From NCBI GenBank assembly GCA_028284285.1, contig JANQSA010000022.1, forward strand, positions 7,741-71,740: a stretch of 64,000 nt of DNA. The letters are read 5' to 3'. The position numbers and the translations under genes are program-made. Below are positions 28,167 through 36,344 of this stretch, one piece after another (positions within the stretch are counted from its first letter, which is position 1; every line of letters begins with the position of its first letter). Under the pieces are notes generated by a model. It searched no databases. It saw only the letters and a program-made list of their open reading frames with translations, and had not been told where the DNA came from. Origin of the DNA: Croceivirga sp. (GTDB taxonomy: Bacteria; Bacteroidota; Bacteroidia; Flavobacteriales; Flavobacteriaceae).

Positions 28167-29045
28167 ATGAAGACAACTCTCAAACTATTTTCTCTGATAT
28201 TCATACTGTTTGCTTTTGTAGCCTGCAGCGATGACGACGAGGGACCCGTTGAATTTTCGGTAACGGCCATATCGCCTGAGTCCGGAACGGTTGGTACCGA
28301 AATCACTATTACCGGAACCGATTTTCCTTCAGATGCTGCTGAAGTAAACCTAACGTTTGGTGGGGTGAGCGCCACCATCACTTCAATATCCAGCACACAA
28401 ATTGTGACCACGGTTCCTGCAGGCGCTACTTCTGGTGAAGTACGTATTGCGGCGAATGGATTTACCAGCACTACCCCAACCACTTTTACCGTATTATCGG
28501 ACTTGGTACAGGCAAGGGCCAGCAATATTCCGGCGCCTACCACCGGAGGAGGGCAAGGAGCCCCGGACGAAGGACCTTTTACCAAGTTCAGTTTTGCCAC
28601 TGGTGCGGTGACCGATAGCGACACGGAATGGGATATTGCGTTTAGGGCAACCACTATTGCCATAAATGGAGGCGTGGCGACGGGTACCAATGATGAGCCG
28701 GAACGAAATGGCAATGGGGGCGTTGCACTTGTTAGGGATGTATTGTTTAGCGAAGTGACTACCGCAAATGGCCTTACGTATACCCAGGATGCGGATGGTG
28801 CTTTTGCCATTAACCCGGTAAGTGACCAAGGTTGGTACAATTATAATGGGGCACTCTTTCTTGTTTCTCCTATCCCAGGTACGGTATTGGTCTTTCGTAC
28901 CCACGACGGCAAGTATGCGAAAATAGAGATCCTAAGCTACTACAGGGATGCTCCGGAAGAGCCGAATGCCTTTGTTGATGAAGCGCGTTTGTATACCTTC
29001 AACTATATTTATAACCCTAATGAAGGGGAAACCAGTTTGGAGTAG
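28167..29045 (+). CDS. Lipoprotein with IPT/TIG domain fused to an HmuY-like domain
   Basis: Lipobox FVACS. IPT-like region ISPESGTVGTEITITGTDF...IVTTVPAGATSGEVRI. Then WDIAFRATTIAINGG...GWYNY...YAKIEILSYY, typical of HmuY-family proteins. Confidence 0.7.
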   Translation: MKTTLKLFSLIFILFAFVACSDDDEGPVEFSVTAISPESGTVGTEITITGTDFPSDAAEVNLTFGGVSATITSISSTQIVTTVPAGATSGEVRIAANGFTSTTPTTFTVLSDLVQARASNIPAPTTGGGQGAPDEGPFTKFSFATGAVTDSDTEWDIAFRATTIAINGGVATGTNDEPERNGNGGVALVRDVLFSEVTTANGLTYTQDADGAFAINPVSDQGWYNYNGALFLVSPIPGTVLVFRTHDGKYAKIEILSYYRDAPEEPNAFVDEARLYTFNYIYNPNEGETSLE

Positions 29046-29062
29046 CCATGAACCAGGTGCTT

Positions 29063-29113
29063 TTGTCATTCCGCACCTGTCTAACGACAGGCGGGCGGGC
29101 GCAGGAATGACAA
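29063..29113. repeat. REP-like palindromic element
   Basis: ttgtcattcc ... ggaatgacaa terminal inverted repeat, enclosing an inner cctgtc/gacagg stem and a GC-rich core. Confidence 0.6.
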
Positions 29114-29158
29114 ATTAAGGCAAAAGCAATACCCAGATTTGAACACATTATTTAGTAT

Positions 29159-29605
29159 ATGAAAGCGATTAACATTTTGTTCATCATTTTGCGCCTTTTT
29201 TTAGGAGGGATGATGATATACGGAGGATTCCAAAAATTCCAAAAGCCCATTCCTACGCCCATAGAAGTGGTGGAAAAAGCAGAAAAGTTTAAAGACCCGG
29301 GTAAGGAAAGTACCCTGCAAAAGATCCTGTATATCAGCGGGAGCAAGCAGACCGGGTATTTCTGGCAGTTACTGGGGATCGGCGAGATCCTGTTTGGGCT
29401 ACTGGTGCTACTCCAGTTTACCAGCTTTGTGGGTGCTATTTTTCTGCTGCCCATTACGCTTAATATCTTTTTATTCCATGTGTTCCTGGAAGCGGATGAA
29501 ATGCCGGAACTGTTACAAACAGGGGCCTTATTCTTTATTAATATCGCCTTGGTGGTAAAAGAACGGGAAAAATGGCAGACGCTGCTTTGGATAAAACCGA
29601 TTTAG
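29159..29605 (+). CDS. DoxX-like small membrane protein
   Basis: 148 aa with 4 TM segments. The N-terminal LRLFLGGMMIYGGFQKF pattern resembles the DoxX family. Confidence 0.6.
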   Translation: MKAINILFIILRLFLGGMMIYGGFQKFQKPIPTPIEVVEKAEKFKDPGKESTLQKILYISGSKQTGYFWQLLGIGEILFGLLVLLQFTSFVGAIFLLPITLNIFLFHVFLEADEMPELLQTGALFFINIALVVKEREKWQTLLWIKPI

Positions 29606-29635
29606 TTTTCAGGTTACGTTTGAGTTAGTGTATTC

Positions 29636-29664
29636 AAAAACCGGGGGTAACCTCCGGTTTTTTT
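29636..29664 (+). terminator. Rho-independent terminator after the DoxX-like gene
   Basis: aaaaa-ccggggg-taa-cctccgg-ttttttt: a 7-bp stem (one G-U pair) with an A/T extension and T7 tail. Confidence 0.75.
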
Positions 29665-29834
29665 ATGTCAACAAGGTTAACATGACATCTTTGGAGTAAT
29701 TTCTTAGGTCGTTTTTACAGGAAATCCCCAGTTTTTTTACGGGTTTTCTGTAGTGTTCTTTGGTTGTTGTCCATTATATTGGAAGACTGACTTATCCCCC
29801 AAAAAACCTATTTCAGAAAAAGAGATTATGGTTT

Positions 29835-29842
29835 TATGTTTG
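29835..29842 (+). promoter_or_regulatory. Candidate -7 box (TAnnTTTG) for the Abi-like gene
   Basis: tatgtttg lies 31 nt upstream of the ATG at 29873. Confidence 0.35.
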
Positions 29843-29872
29843 AAGTTTCTACATGTTAAACCCTAACACCAA

Positions 29873-31036
29873 ATGACAAAAGCGATAGAAAAGATAGCTT
29901 GGGCATTTCTACTGCTTGGTATGGTCATTCTTTCCTATCTGCTTATAAAATCTTCAGTTGATGGATTTAGTATTTCAATAAAAAAAGATACCAATTATGA
30001 GGTAACTGGACAATTTGGAGACTTTGTTGGCGGTGTAATTGGAACCTTTTTCGCCCTGGCAGGAACTTTACTCATCTATCTATCTTTTAGAGAACAAAGC
30101 AACGAAAACAAACGAAACGCATTCGAGTCTTCTTTTTTTGAAATGATGAAGATTTACAGAGATAACGTTAACGAATTAAGGTACAGAAAATACAAGGACA
30201 AAGACCATATTATCTATGAGAACAGACAGGTAATTAGAGAGATTTTTGCAGAATTCATTGAATGCTACAGAGAAGTAAGAAAGTTTTCTAACTCAAAAAA
30301 GGTAGAAGATTATCTAACGCCAAGATACGCTGACAAACTAAAAAAAATAAAGGAAAAAATAAACCCTAAGATAAATCTCATCGAGCTAGCAAGAATTGAT
30401 ATAGCATATTCAATAGTTTTCTACGGTATAGGAGTTGAAGGAGAGTCAATAATCCGAAAAAATATTCAAAAAAAGTACAATCGTTACTATTACTACAAAC
30501 TCTTATACTTTATAAAATTAAAACCAAAAAAATCTAATCAAAGTAGGTATTTTTTGTGGCAACAGGCGCGAAATATGAACCTTGAGGATTTGCATAGATT
30601 GGTCGATGAACTTTATGAGAACAGAAAGAATCCAAGAAAGACGGATCATCTTTCTGAGCTGGCTAAAAGTTTTAAAATGCATTTAAAATATGAAAAGTAT
30701 TACGGTGGTCATCAGTTTAGGCTTGGTCATTATTTCAGACATTTATACCAAAGTTACAAATACTTAAACGATCATAAGGATTTAACTCAGGATGAAAAAT
30801 ATGCATATGGAAAGTTATATCGTGCACAACTATCAACTTATGAACAAGCTATACTCTTCATAAATAGTATATCCACCATTGGAATGAAATGGGAGTTTAC
30901 ACCAGAAAAATTAAACTCACCTTTAATAACTACTTATAACTTAATCAAAAATTTACCGGGAGAGCATCTTTATGGAATACGGTACAAAACTTATTATAAA
31001 GGCGTTGACTATGAAACAGATGAATTACTGAAATGA
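29873..31036 (+). CDS. Putative phage abortive-infection membrane protein (putAbiC-like)
   Basis: Two N-terminal TM helices, the second preceded by GQFGDFVGGVIGTFFALAGTLLIYLSFREQ. From memory this matches the family annotated 'putative phage abortive infection protein'. Lys/Tyr-rich soluble C-terminal domain; very AT-rich gene. Confidence 0.6.
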   Translation: MTKAIEKIAWAFLLLGMVILSYLLIKSSVDGFSISIKKDTNYEVTGQFGDFVGGVIGTFFALAGTLLIYLSFREQSNENKRNAFESSFFEMMKIYRDNVNELRYRKYKDKDHIIYENRQVIREIFAEFIECYREVRKFSNSKKVEDYLTPRYADKLKKIKEKINPKINLIELARIDIAYSIVFYGIGVEGESIIRKNIQKKYNRYYYYKLLYFIKLKPKKSNQSRYFLWQQARNMNLEDLHRLVDELYENRKNPRKTDHLSELAKSFKMHLKYEKYYGGHQFRLGHYFRHLYQSYKYLNDHKDLTQDEKYAYGKLYRAQLSTYEQAILFINSISTIGMKWEFTPEKLNSPLITTYNLIKNLPGEHLYGIRYKTYYKGVDYETDELLK

Positions 31037-31181
31037 AACTAGTGCTGACAATGATCACGATAAATTGTGGTTTGAACAGAGCTCTTGCCATTACTATGAG
31101 TTCTTAGCCGATTTCTAAATGCAATGATTCTTTAGGTAATTATGTAAATATAGCTGAGATTTTAAAAGATAAATTTAAAGT

Positions 31182-32258
31182 ATGGATCAAATCAATATAG
31201 AACAACCATTACTATTCAACTTCGATGACGAAACTGAAAATGAGAACATCGATTTCAGATACGTAATAACGAGTTATGGTGCCGATTATCCAGTCGATAG
31301 CCTAATGAAAAGAATAAAGGACAAAGTCGTTTTTATCCCTCCATTCCAAAGGCAATTTGTATGGAACATTAACGAAGCATCCAAATTCATTGAATCATTG
31401 ATCTTGGGGTTGCCTGTGCCGGGAATTTTTTTATCAAAAGAAAAAGACACCAATAGATTACTTGTGGTAGATGGACAACAAAGGCTAATGAGTTTGTACT
31501 TTTTTTATACCGGTTATTTCCAAAACACTCCCTTTAAATTACAGAATGTACAAGAGGATTTATTAGGAAGAACTTATAGCACATTAAAATCCCCTGACAG
31601 AATACGATTAGATGATTCCATAATACACGCAACTATTGTAAGGCAAGACGAACCTGATAAAGATGAAAGCAGTATATATCAAATTTTTGAGAGGCTAAAC
31701 TCTGGTGGAAGAGATTTAAAACCTCAAGAGATCAGGGCTTGTATATATTATGGAGAATTTAATGAATTACTAAATGATTTAGTAAAACTCCCCTCTTGGA
31801 GAGCTATTTTCGGAAAAAAGTCCGATATAAGACTAAAAGAGCAAGAGTTGATTTTAAGATTCCTCTCTTTACTGTATGGCAGACAGGAATACAAAAAACC
31901 TCTAAAAGGGTTTCTGAATTCTTTTATGGCGCAACATCAACACCTAAAAGGTATTGGTGGGGAGGAGTTTGCCGAAACATTCAAAAGTACATTCGATTTC
32001 ATAGTTAGAACCATCGGCACAAAACCATTTAGGATAAGAAGGAATTTAAATCTTGGAGCATTTGATTCAATATCCATAGCAGTTGCCGAGAGATTAAAGT
32101 CGGGAGTAATTCAAAATCGTAAGAAATTTGTTGAAAAGTATAATGATTTAGTTGATAATTCAGAGTTTATTTCTATTGTTCAAGGGGGGACATCTGACGA
32201 AAAAAATGTTGAAGCCCGTATTGGCTTGGCAATTGAGGCTTTTAAAGAAGTTGAATAA
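31182..32258 (+). CDS. Stand-alone DUF262 (ParB/Srx-like, GmrSD N-terminal type) protein, no fused nuclease domain
   Basis: IPPFQRQFVW (aa 52-61), VVDGQQRL (aa 95-102) and IFERLNSGGRDL are DUF262 hallmarks. I see no DUF1524/HNH-type His motif in the C-terminal half. Confidence 0.85.
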   Translation: MDQINIEQPLLFNFDDETENENIDFRYVITSYGADYPVDSLMKRIKDKVVFIPPFQRQFVWNINEASKFIESLILGLPVPGIFLSKEKDTNRLLVVDGQQRLMSLYFFYTGYFQNTPFKLQNVQEDLLGRTYSTLKSPDRIRLDDSIIHATIVRQDEPDKDESSIYQIFERLNSGGRDLKPQEIRACIYYGEFNELLNDLVKLPSWRAIFGKKSDIRLKEQELILRFLSLLYGRQEYKKPLKGFLNSFMAQHQHLKGIGGEEFAETFKSTFDFIVRTIGTKPFRIRRNLNLGAFDSISIAVAERLKSGVIQNRKKFVEKYNDLVDNSEFISIVQGGTSDEKNVEARIGLAIEAFKEVE

Positions 32259-32722
32259 TGGGTCTCTATAAGTTAAAAATTTATGAGAGACAGTTAGATA
32301 ATCTCTTTGCAGAAGTTTCACATGTACAAGAAGGTGAAATAAACAAAGCTCACCTCACTCGTTATTTATGTGTTAGAACTTCTGGTTACCTTGAAAATGT
32401 TACTAGAATTCTCATTGCTAATTTTTGCGATGGTACTTCTCCACAACCTATAAATAACTACATTGTTAAAAGAACAAAATATATGTCGAATTTAGATTAC
32501 AAAAGATTAAAAGGTCTGCTTTCGGAATTCGATTTAAGATGGAGTTCAGATTTTGAAAATAAGATAACGGATCAGCAAAAAAGCTCTCTTAACTCGGTCA
32601 TCTCGAATCGAAATAATATTGCACATGGGAATCAAGATAGTATTACTTACCGTGATATGGTAAACTACTATCGCGACATAAAGGACGTTTGTAATATTCT
32701 AGTCGATATAATTAAGAAATAA
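32258..32722 (+). CDS. Small HEPN-like protein (Rx4H motif), coupled to the DUF262 gene
   Basis: Its ATG at 32258 shares one nt with the DUF262 TAA (TAATG). Predicted all-alpha, 154 aa. SNRNNIAHGN gives R118-x4-H123 near the C-terminus, where HEPN motifs usually sit. Confidence 0.6.
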   Translation: MGLYKLKIYERQLDNLFAEVSHVQEGEINKAHLTRYLCVRTSGYLENVTRILIANFCDGTSPQPINNYIVKRTKYMSNLDYKRLKGLLSEFDLRWSSDFENKITDQQKSSLNSVISNRNNIAHGNQDSITYRDMVNYYRDIKDVCNILVDIIKK

Positions 32723-32803
32723 GATTTGGGCACTTCAAATTGAATCCAAATCTCCTCAACCTCGCTGCGCGAAATTGGCAACTTCGCGCTTAACCCGGTA
32801 AAT

Positions 32804-32925
32804 GAGATTTCTCCCGCCAGAGGCGGGCAGGCGGTCGTTTCGCTTCCTCGAAATGACTAAGAGTCTCCATAATTAGCTTTTACTATCAAAAGTCATTTCA
32901 CACCACCAGAGGCAGGTAATTTTAC
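32804..32925. repeat. Dispersed palindromic repeat family, cluster 1 (one full plus one partial inverted copy)
   Basis: gagatttctcccgccagaggcgggcaggcggtcgtttcgcttcctcgaaatgac (32804-32857), then an inverted partial copy starting gtcatttca at 32892. Confidence 0.7.
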
Positions 32926-33045
32926 TGGCTGTAGACAGGCCAAACCGTGGTAGGGGATGCGAAAATGATCAAAAGATTACGTTTTAGGTATTGGATGTTG
33001 TGTTGTCAAAAACTATCTTAGAAGCAACAGCCAACTTCTCCAAAA

Positions 33046-33912
33046 ATGATCTTTATTCCCAAGTTGGCAATAATTAAAAAAATGACCTTTAAAAGCATCC
33101 CATCATTCAATCATTATGTGCATGCACAGCCCCCCAGGCATGATTGGATAGATATAGGTGCCTACCCGGAAGGCTTTCGCTTATCTTCGCCTAAGGTGTA
33201 CCCCAATTTCTATCGGATCTCTATTAAATACGGTTTTGAAGATGGTAATAGTAAAGGCTTTATGTATTTCTCAAGTCCTAACAATCCTCTGCAATGGGAA
33301 ACGGAAAAGCCATGGACGGGATATTACATTCAGCTGACGGAAGATGTTATTTCCAAATACCAGCATCTGGCATATTCTTTCCTTACCTATGGGTTACATG
33401 AACCTCTCTATTTGGAAAAAGAAGAAGAGGAGGTCATTACCTGCTTATTTAAAGATGCGCTTATGGAGTATACCAGGGACAATTTTTCCATGGATCTTTT
33501 GGTGGCGTACTGCAATCTCATGTTTGCCCATATTGCCCGATTCTACGAAAGGCAATTCGGGGAGCGAAAAGAGGAATATAACCAATTAGTGAATGGTTTT
33601 TTCCGCTTACTGAATGCCTATTACACGCCAATTCAGGATAAGGGTAATGTTCAACCTACGGTAAAATACTTTGCCAGCAGCTTGAACGTAACGCCCAATT
33701 ATTTGAGTGATGTTATTAAAGTTCATACCGGCCAGTCTGCGCTGGAACATATCCATCAACATATTGTTGAAGTGGCCAAATCCTCGCTGATCCAAAAAAA
33801 ATCTTCCATTTCCGAAATTGCCTATCAATTGGGGTTTGAATACCCGAATTACTTTTCCCGCCTGTTTCGAAAAGTCACCGGTGTCTCACCTACCCATTTC
33901 CGCAAGCTGTAA
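33046..33912 (+). CDS. AraC-family transcriptional regulator
   Basis: C-terminal double HTH (YFASSLNVTPNYLSDVIK...ISEIAYQLGFEYPNYFSRLFRKVTGVSPTHFRK). Confidence 0.85.
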   Translation: MIFIPKLAIIKKMTFKSIPSFNHYVHAQPPRHDWIDIGAYPEGFRLSSPKVYPNFYRISIKYGFEDGNSKGFMYFSSPNNPLQWETEKPWTGYYIQLTEDVISKYQHLAYSFLTYGLHEPLYLEKEEEEVITCLFKDALMEYTRDNFSMDLLVAYCNLMFAHIARFYERQFGERKEEYNQLVNGFFRLLNAYYTPIQDKGNVQPTVKYFASSLNVTPNYLSDVIKVHTGQSALEHIHQHIVEVAKSSLIQKKSSISEIAYQLGFEYPNYFSRLFRKVTGVSPTHFRKL

Positions 33913-34002
33913 TTTGTATCCTTTTTGCCTTGATTTGTCTTCATAGGGTCCGGTAAAACTGGACGATATTTACGCTACGGTAAGCAATAAACCCTTTACA
34001 TC

Positions 34003-35022
34003 ATGGCATTTGAAAAAACACTGGAGTACACCATTGACAATACCTTAAAAAGTAGGATGGGCGAAGCGGCTTTCAACAAAGCCCTGGAGCAGCAGAAAAC
34101 CATTTCAGAAGAGGAATATGGGACCCTTAAGTACCTGGCGGAATTTGCGGTACGACCCATGTTTCGGACACCGGTGCACAAAACTCCTGCCGATCATGGC
34201 ATGGACAAATGGGAGGATGTGTTTTTCCCATCAAGCGATGGAACCCCATTGGAAGGATGGTATATCCCTTCTGTCCAGGGACCATCAGATAAACTCATTA
34301 TTATCAACCACCCCATGCCGATGAGTCGTTCTGGCTTTACAGGGCATTTTGGAGCGCCATTTTCCGGTGTGGACACAATGGAAATTGATTTTGTCGCCCA
34401 TATGGGGCATCTCTCAAGAGCCGGTTACAACATCCTGGCGTATGATTTGAGAAACCACGGGAATAGCGGAGCAGCCAATGGTGGTATTTGCGGGATTGGC
34501 CGATATGAATGGAGAGATTGTGTAGGAGCTAAAATGTATGTGGATGCCCATCCCGAGCTCAGTAAAATGCAGGTTGGGTTATATAGCCGTTGTACCGGTG
34601 GCAATGCACAATACGAAGCCCTGTACCGCCGTCCTGAATTGTTCGAAAACATAAAATGTTTCTTTGGACCTATGACGGTTTCTATGACGGCCCTGATGAC
34701 ATCCTTTGCCGGTCTTATGGGATTGGACAAGTATATGGAGCTAATGGATCTGGAACAAATAAAGTTAGGCGGTTTTACCAATGGTGAAATGCACCCTCAG
34801 AACTATTCCCACGCAGTAAAAGTCCCTTACTTTATGGCAGAAGTGCTGGATGACATCTGGACCGATAACCCCAGGGATGCCCGGGAGATCTTTGATGCTA
34901 TCCGTTCAGAAGAAAAAGAATTGTTTTGGATTGAAGGAACTAACAGAAGGTTTGACGGATATAACTATTTTGGGGTTTTTCCGGAAAAAATGATTGCCTT
35001 TTTTGACAAGTACATGAAATAG
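34003..35022 (+). CDS. Alpha/beta-hydrolase-fold protein
   Basis: The order of the HPMPMSRSG, nucleophile-elbow-like YSRCTGG and C-terminal acid/His regions fits an alpha/beta hydrolase. Substrate unknown. Confidence 0.6.
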   Translation: MAFEKTLEYTIDNTLKSRMGEAAFNKALEQQKTISEEEYGTLKYLAEFAVRPMFRTPVHKTPADHGMDKWEDVFFPSSDGTPLEGWYIPSVQGPSDKLIIINHPMPMSRSGFTGHFGAPFSGVDTMEIDFVAHMGHLSRAGYNILAYDLRNHGNSGAANGGICGIGRYEWRDCVGAKMYVDAHPELSKMQVGLYSRCTGGNAQYEALYRRPELFENIKCFFGPMTVSMTALMTSFAGLMGLDKYMELMDLEQIKLGGFTNGEMHPQNYSHAVKVPYFMAEVLDDIWTDNPRDAREIFDAIRSEEKELFWIEGTNRRFDGYNYFGVFPEKMIAFFDKYMK

Positions 35023-35126
35023 AACGAACCCAGGGCAGCTTGGAATACCAGACAAAAAAGCACTAAACACCATTAGTGACCTGCCCATGGTAAGTCCGTT
35101 CGCCAAGGTTTGTCTACCCTGGGAGT

Positions 35127-35645
35127 TTATATCAACTCCCCTCGAGCAGGGTAGCCTGTTTTTACGATATAGTCCACCGCTTTGACAAAAGAAGGTAAAT
35201 AGGGCCTACCCCAGGGATTGCTGTTTATTGCCGCGTAGTACACCGTATGGGTGCTATCCACTAAAAACAATCCGGGCTCGCTAAATACCTCAGGTTCGCC
35301 TTCCTTCACCCCTTTGCTTAGATACAGGCCCCAGGCCCTGGCGGTGGCTTCGTCCAATCCATAGCCAAGGGTAAGCTGAGGGATTTCCCATTTTTGCCGG
35401 GACAATCGTGCCCTTTTTTCGCTATCCCTACTCACCGCAAGGACGTTTACCCCAAGTTGTTGAAATTCCGGTAACAGTTCCTCCAACTGTTGCAGGTATT
35501 TTTTGCAAATGGGGCAATGCAGTCCCCGGTAAAAAACGATCAGGGTAAAGGATTCCGGTTGCTGCTCCTTGAGGTTCCATTGCGCCCCTCCCAAGAGGGA
35601 AAACCGTAACTCGGGAGCTTGCTGTTGTGGTGTGGGTCGTGTCAT
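35127..35645 (-). CDS. Peroxiredoxin-like (AhpC/TSA-redoxin) protein
   Basis: FTLIVFYRGLHCPICKKYLQQLEE is a thioredoxin-fold CxxC. ATGA overlap with the upstream gene. Confidence 0.8.
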   Translation of the reverse strand: MTRPTPQQQAPELRFSLLGGAQWNLKEQQPESFTLIVFYRGLHCPICKKYLQQLEELLPEFQQLGVNVLAVSRDSEKRARLSRQKWEIPQLTLGYGLDEATARAWGLYLSKGVKEGEPEVFSEPGLFLVDSTHTVYYAAINSNPWGRPYLPSFVKAVDYIVKTGYPARGELI

Positions 35646-36238
35646 ATGCTACTTTTTGTAAAATGGGTAGTTAGGTGTTGTTCAAATCGGATAAAATCGT
35701 TGGCAACCTCGGGGTTTTTCATCACGTCATAGGCCATAAACGTCGGTAAAGGTTGTAACCCAAACCATTTGAAGTTTAAGTGCATGGGGCGCAAAAGTTC
35801 ATCCTCGCTCATTCCTCCAAAGAAGGTTTCCTCAGGATTATTAAAGGCCTCTTTGGGGGCATTAGCAGTGACGGACATCATATAATTTCCTTTAAGCCTT
35901 CCCCCCAGGCCATAGTTTTGCTTTGGTGCTTCCTTGCTCCGACCGTCCCCATCCGATAGTTCCCCCATCATCCCCATAGAGAATACCTCATCAATGTATT
36001 TTTTGAAGGACCAGCTTACCCCCATCCAGTTGATAGGGGTTTGAAAAAACACGATATCCGCCCATTTGAATTTTGCTATTTCTTCATTTACCTCATAATG
36101 GTCTTCCATAGTAGTTTTCTTGACCGTATAGCCATGGTGGGTAAAGAAATCAGCAGCTTTTTCCGTTAAGGCAGCATTTAACTTTCCTTCGGAAAAAGGG
36201 TATTTCTGATGGCCGTTGAGTATAAAAACATTTGGCAT
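35642..36238 (-). CDS. mdaB: NAD(P)H:quinone oxidoreductase, MdaB/flavodoxin-like fold
   Basis: The N-terminus MPNVFILNGHQKYPFSEGKLNAALTE and the approx 198-aa size resemble MdaB. Confidence 0.75.
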   Translation of the reverse strand: MPNVFILNGHQKYPFSEGKLNAALTEKAADFFTHHGYTVKKTTMEDHYEVNEEIAKFKWADIVFFQTPINWMGVSWSFKKYIDEVFSMGMMGELSDGDGRSKEAPKQNYGLGGRLKGNYMMSVTANAPKEAFNNPEETFFGGMSEDELLRPMHLNFKWFGLQPLPTFMAYDVMKNPEVANDFIRFEQHLTTHFTKSSI

Positions 36239-36344
36239 TGCTAAAATTTGATTTAATTTGTTTCGTAAAGGAACTAATAATAGTTTATAAAAGAGACTTT
36301 TATCAGAAACTCCTGATGAAATTGTAGTATCTAAAAAGTAACTA

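Noticed and set aside
28130-28840. 236-aa minus-strand ORF (and the 136-aa ORF 28494-28904) inside the IPT/HmuY-like gene
   Set aside because: It is fully antisense to a gene with clear domain motifs. The composition (Ala/Pro/Ser/Val-rich) is typical of antisense frames in a locally GC-rich gene, and no motif is present.
29606-33045. Search for mobile-element boundaries of the AT-rich islet (att-like direct repeats, integrase, tRNA)
   Set aside because: I could not find any by eye, only small hairpins (gatttgg...ccaaatc at 32723-32752; cgcgaa...ttcgcg). The insertion mechanism remains unknown.
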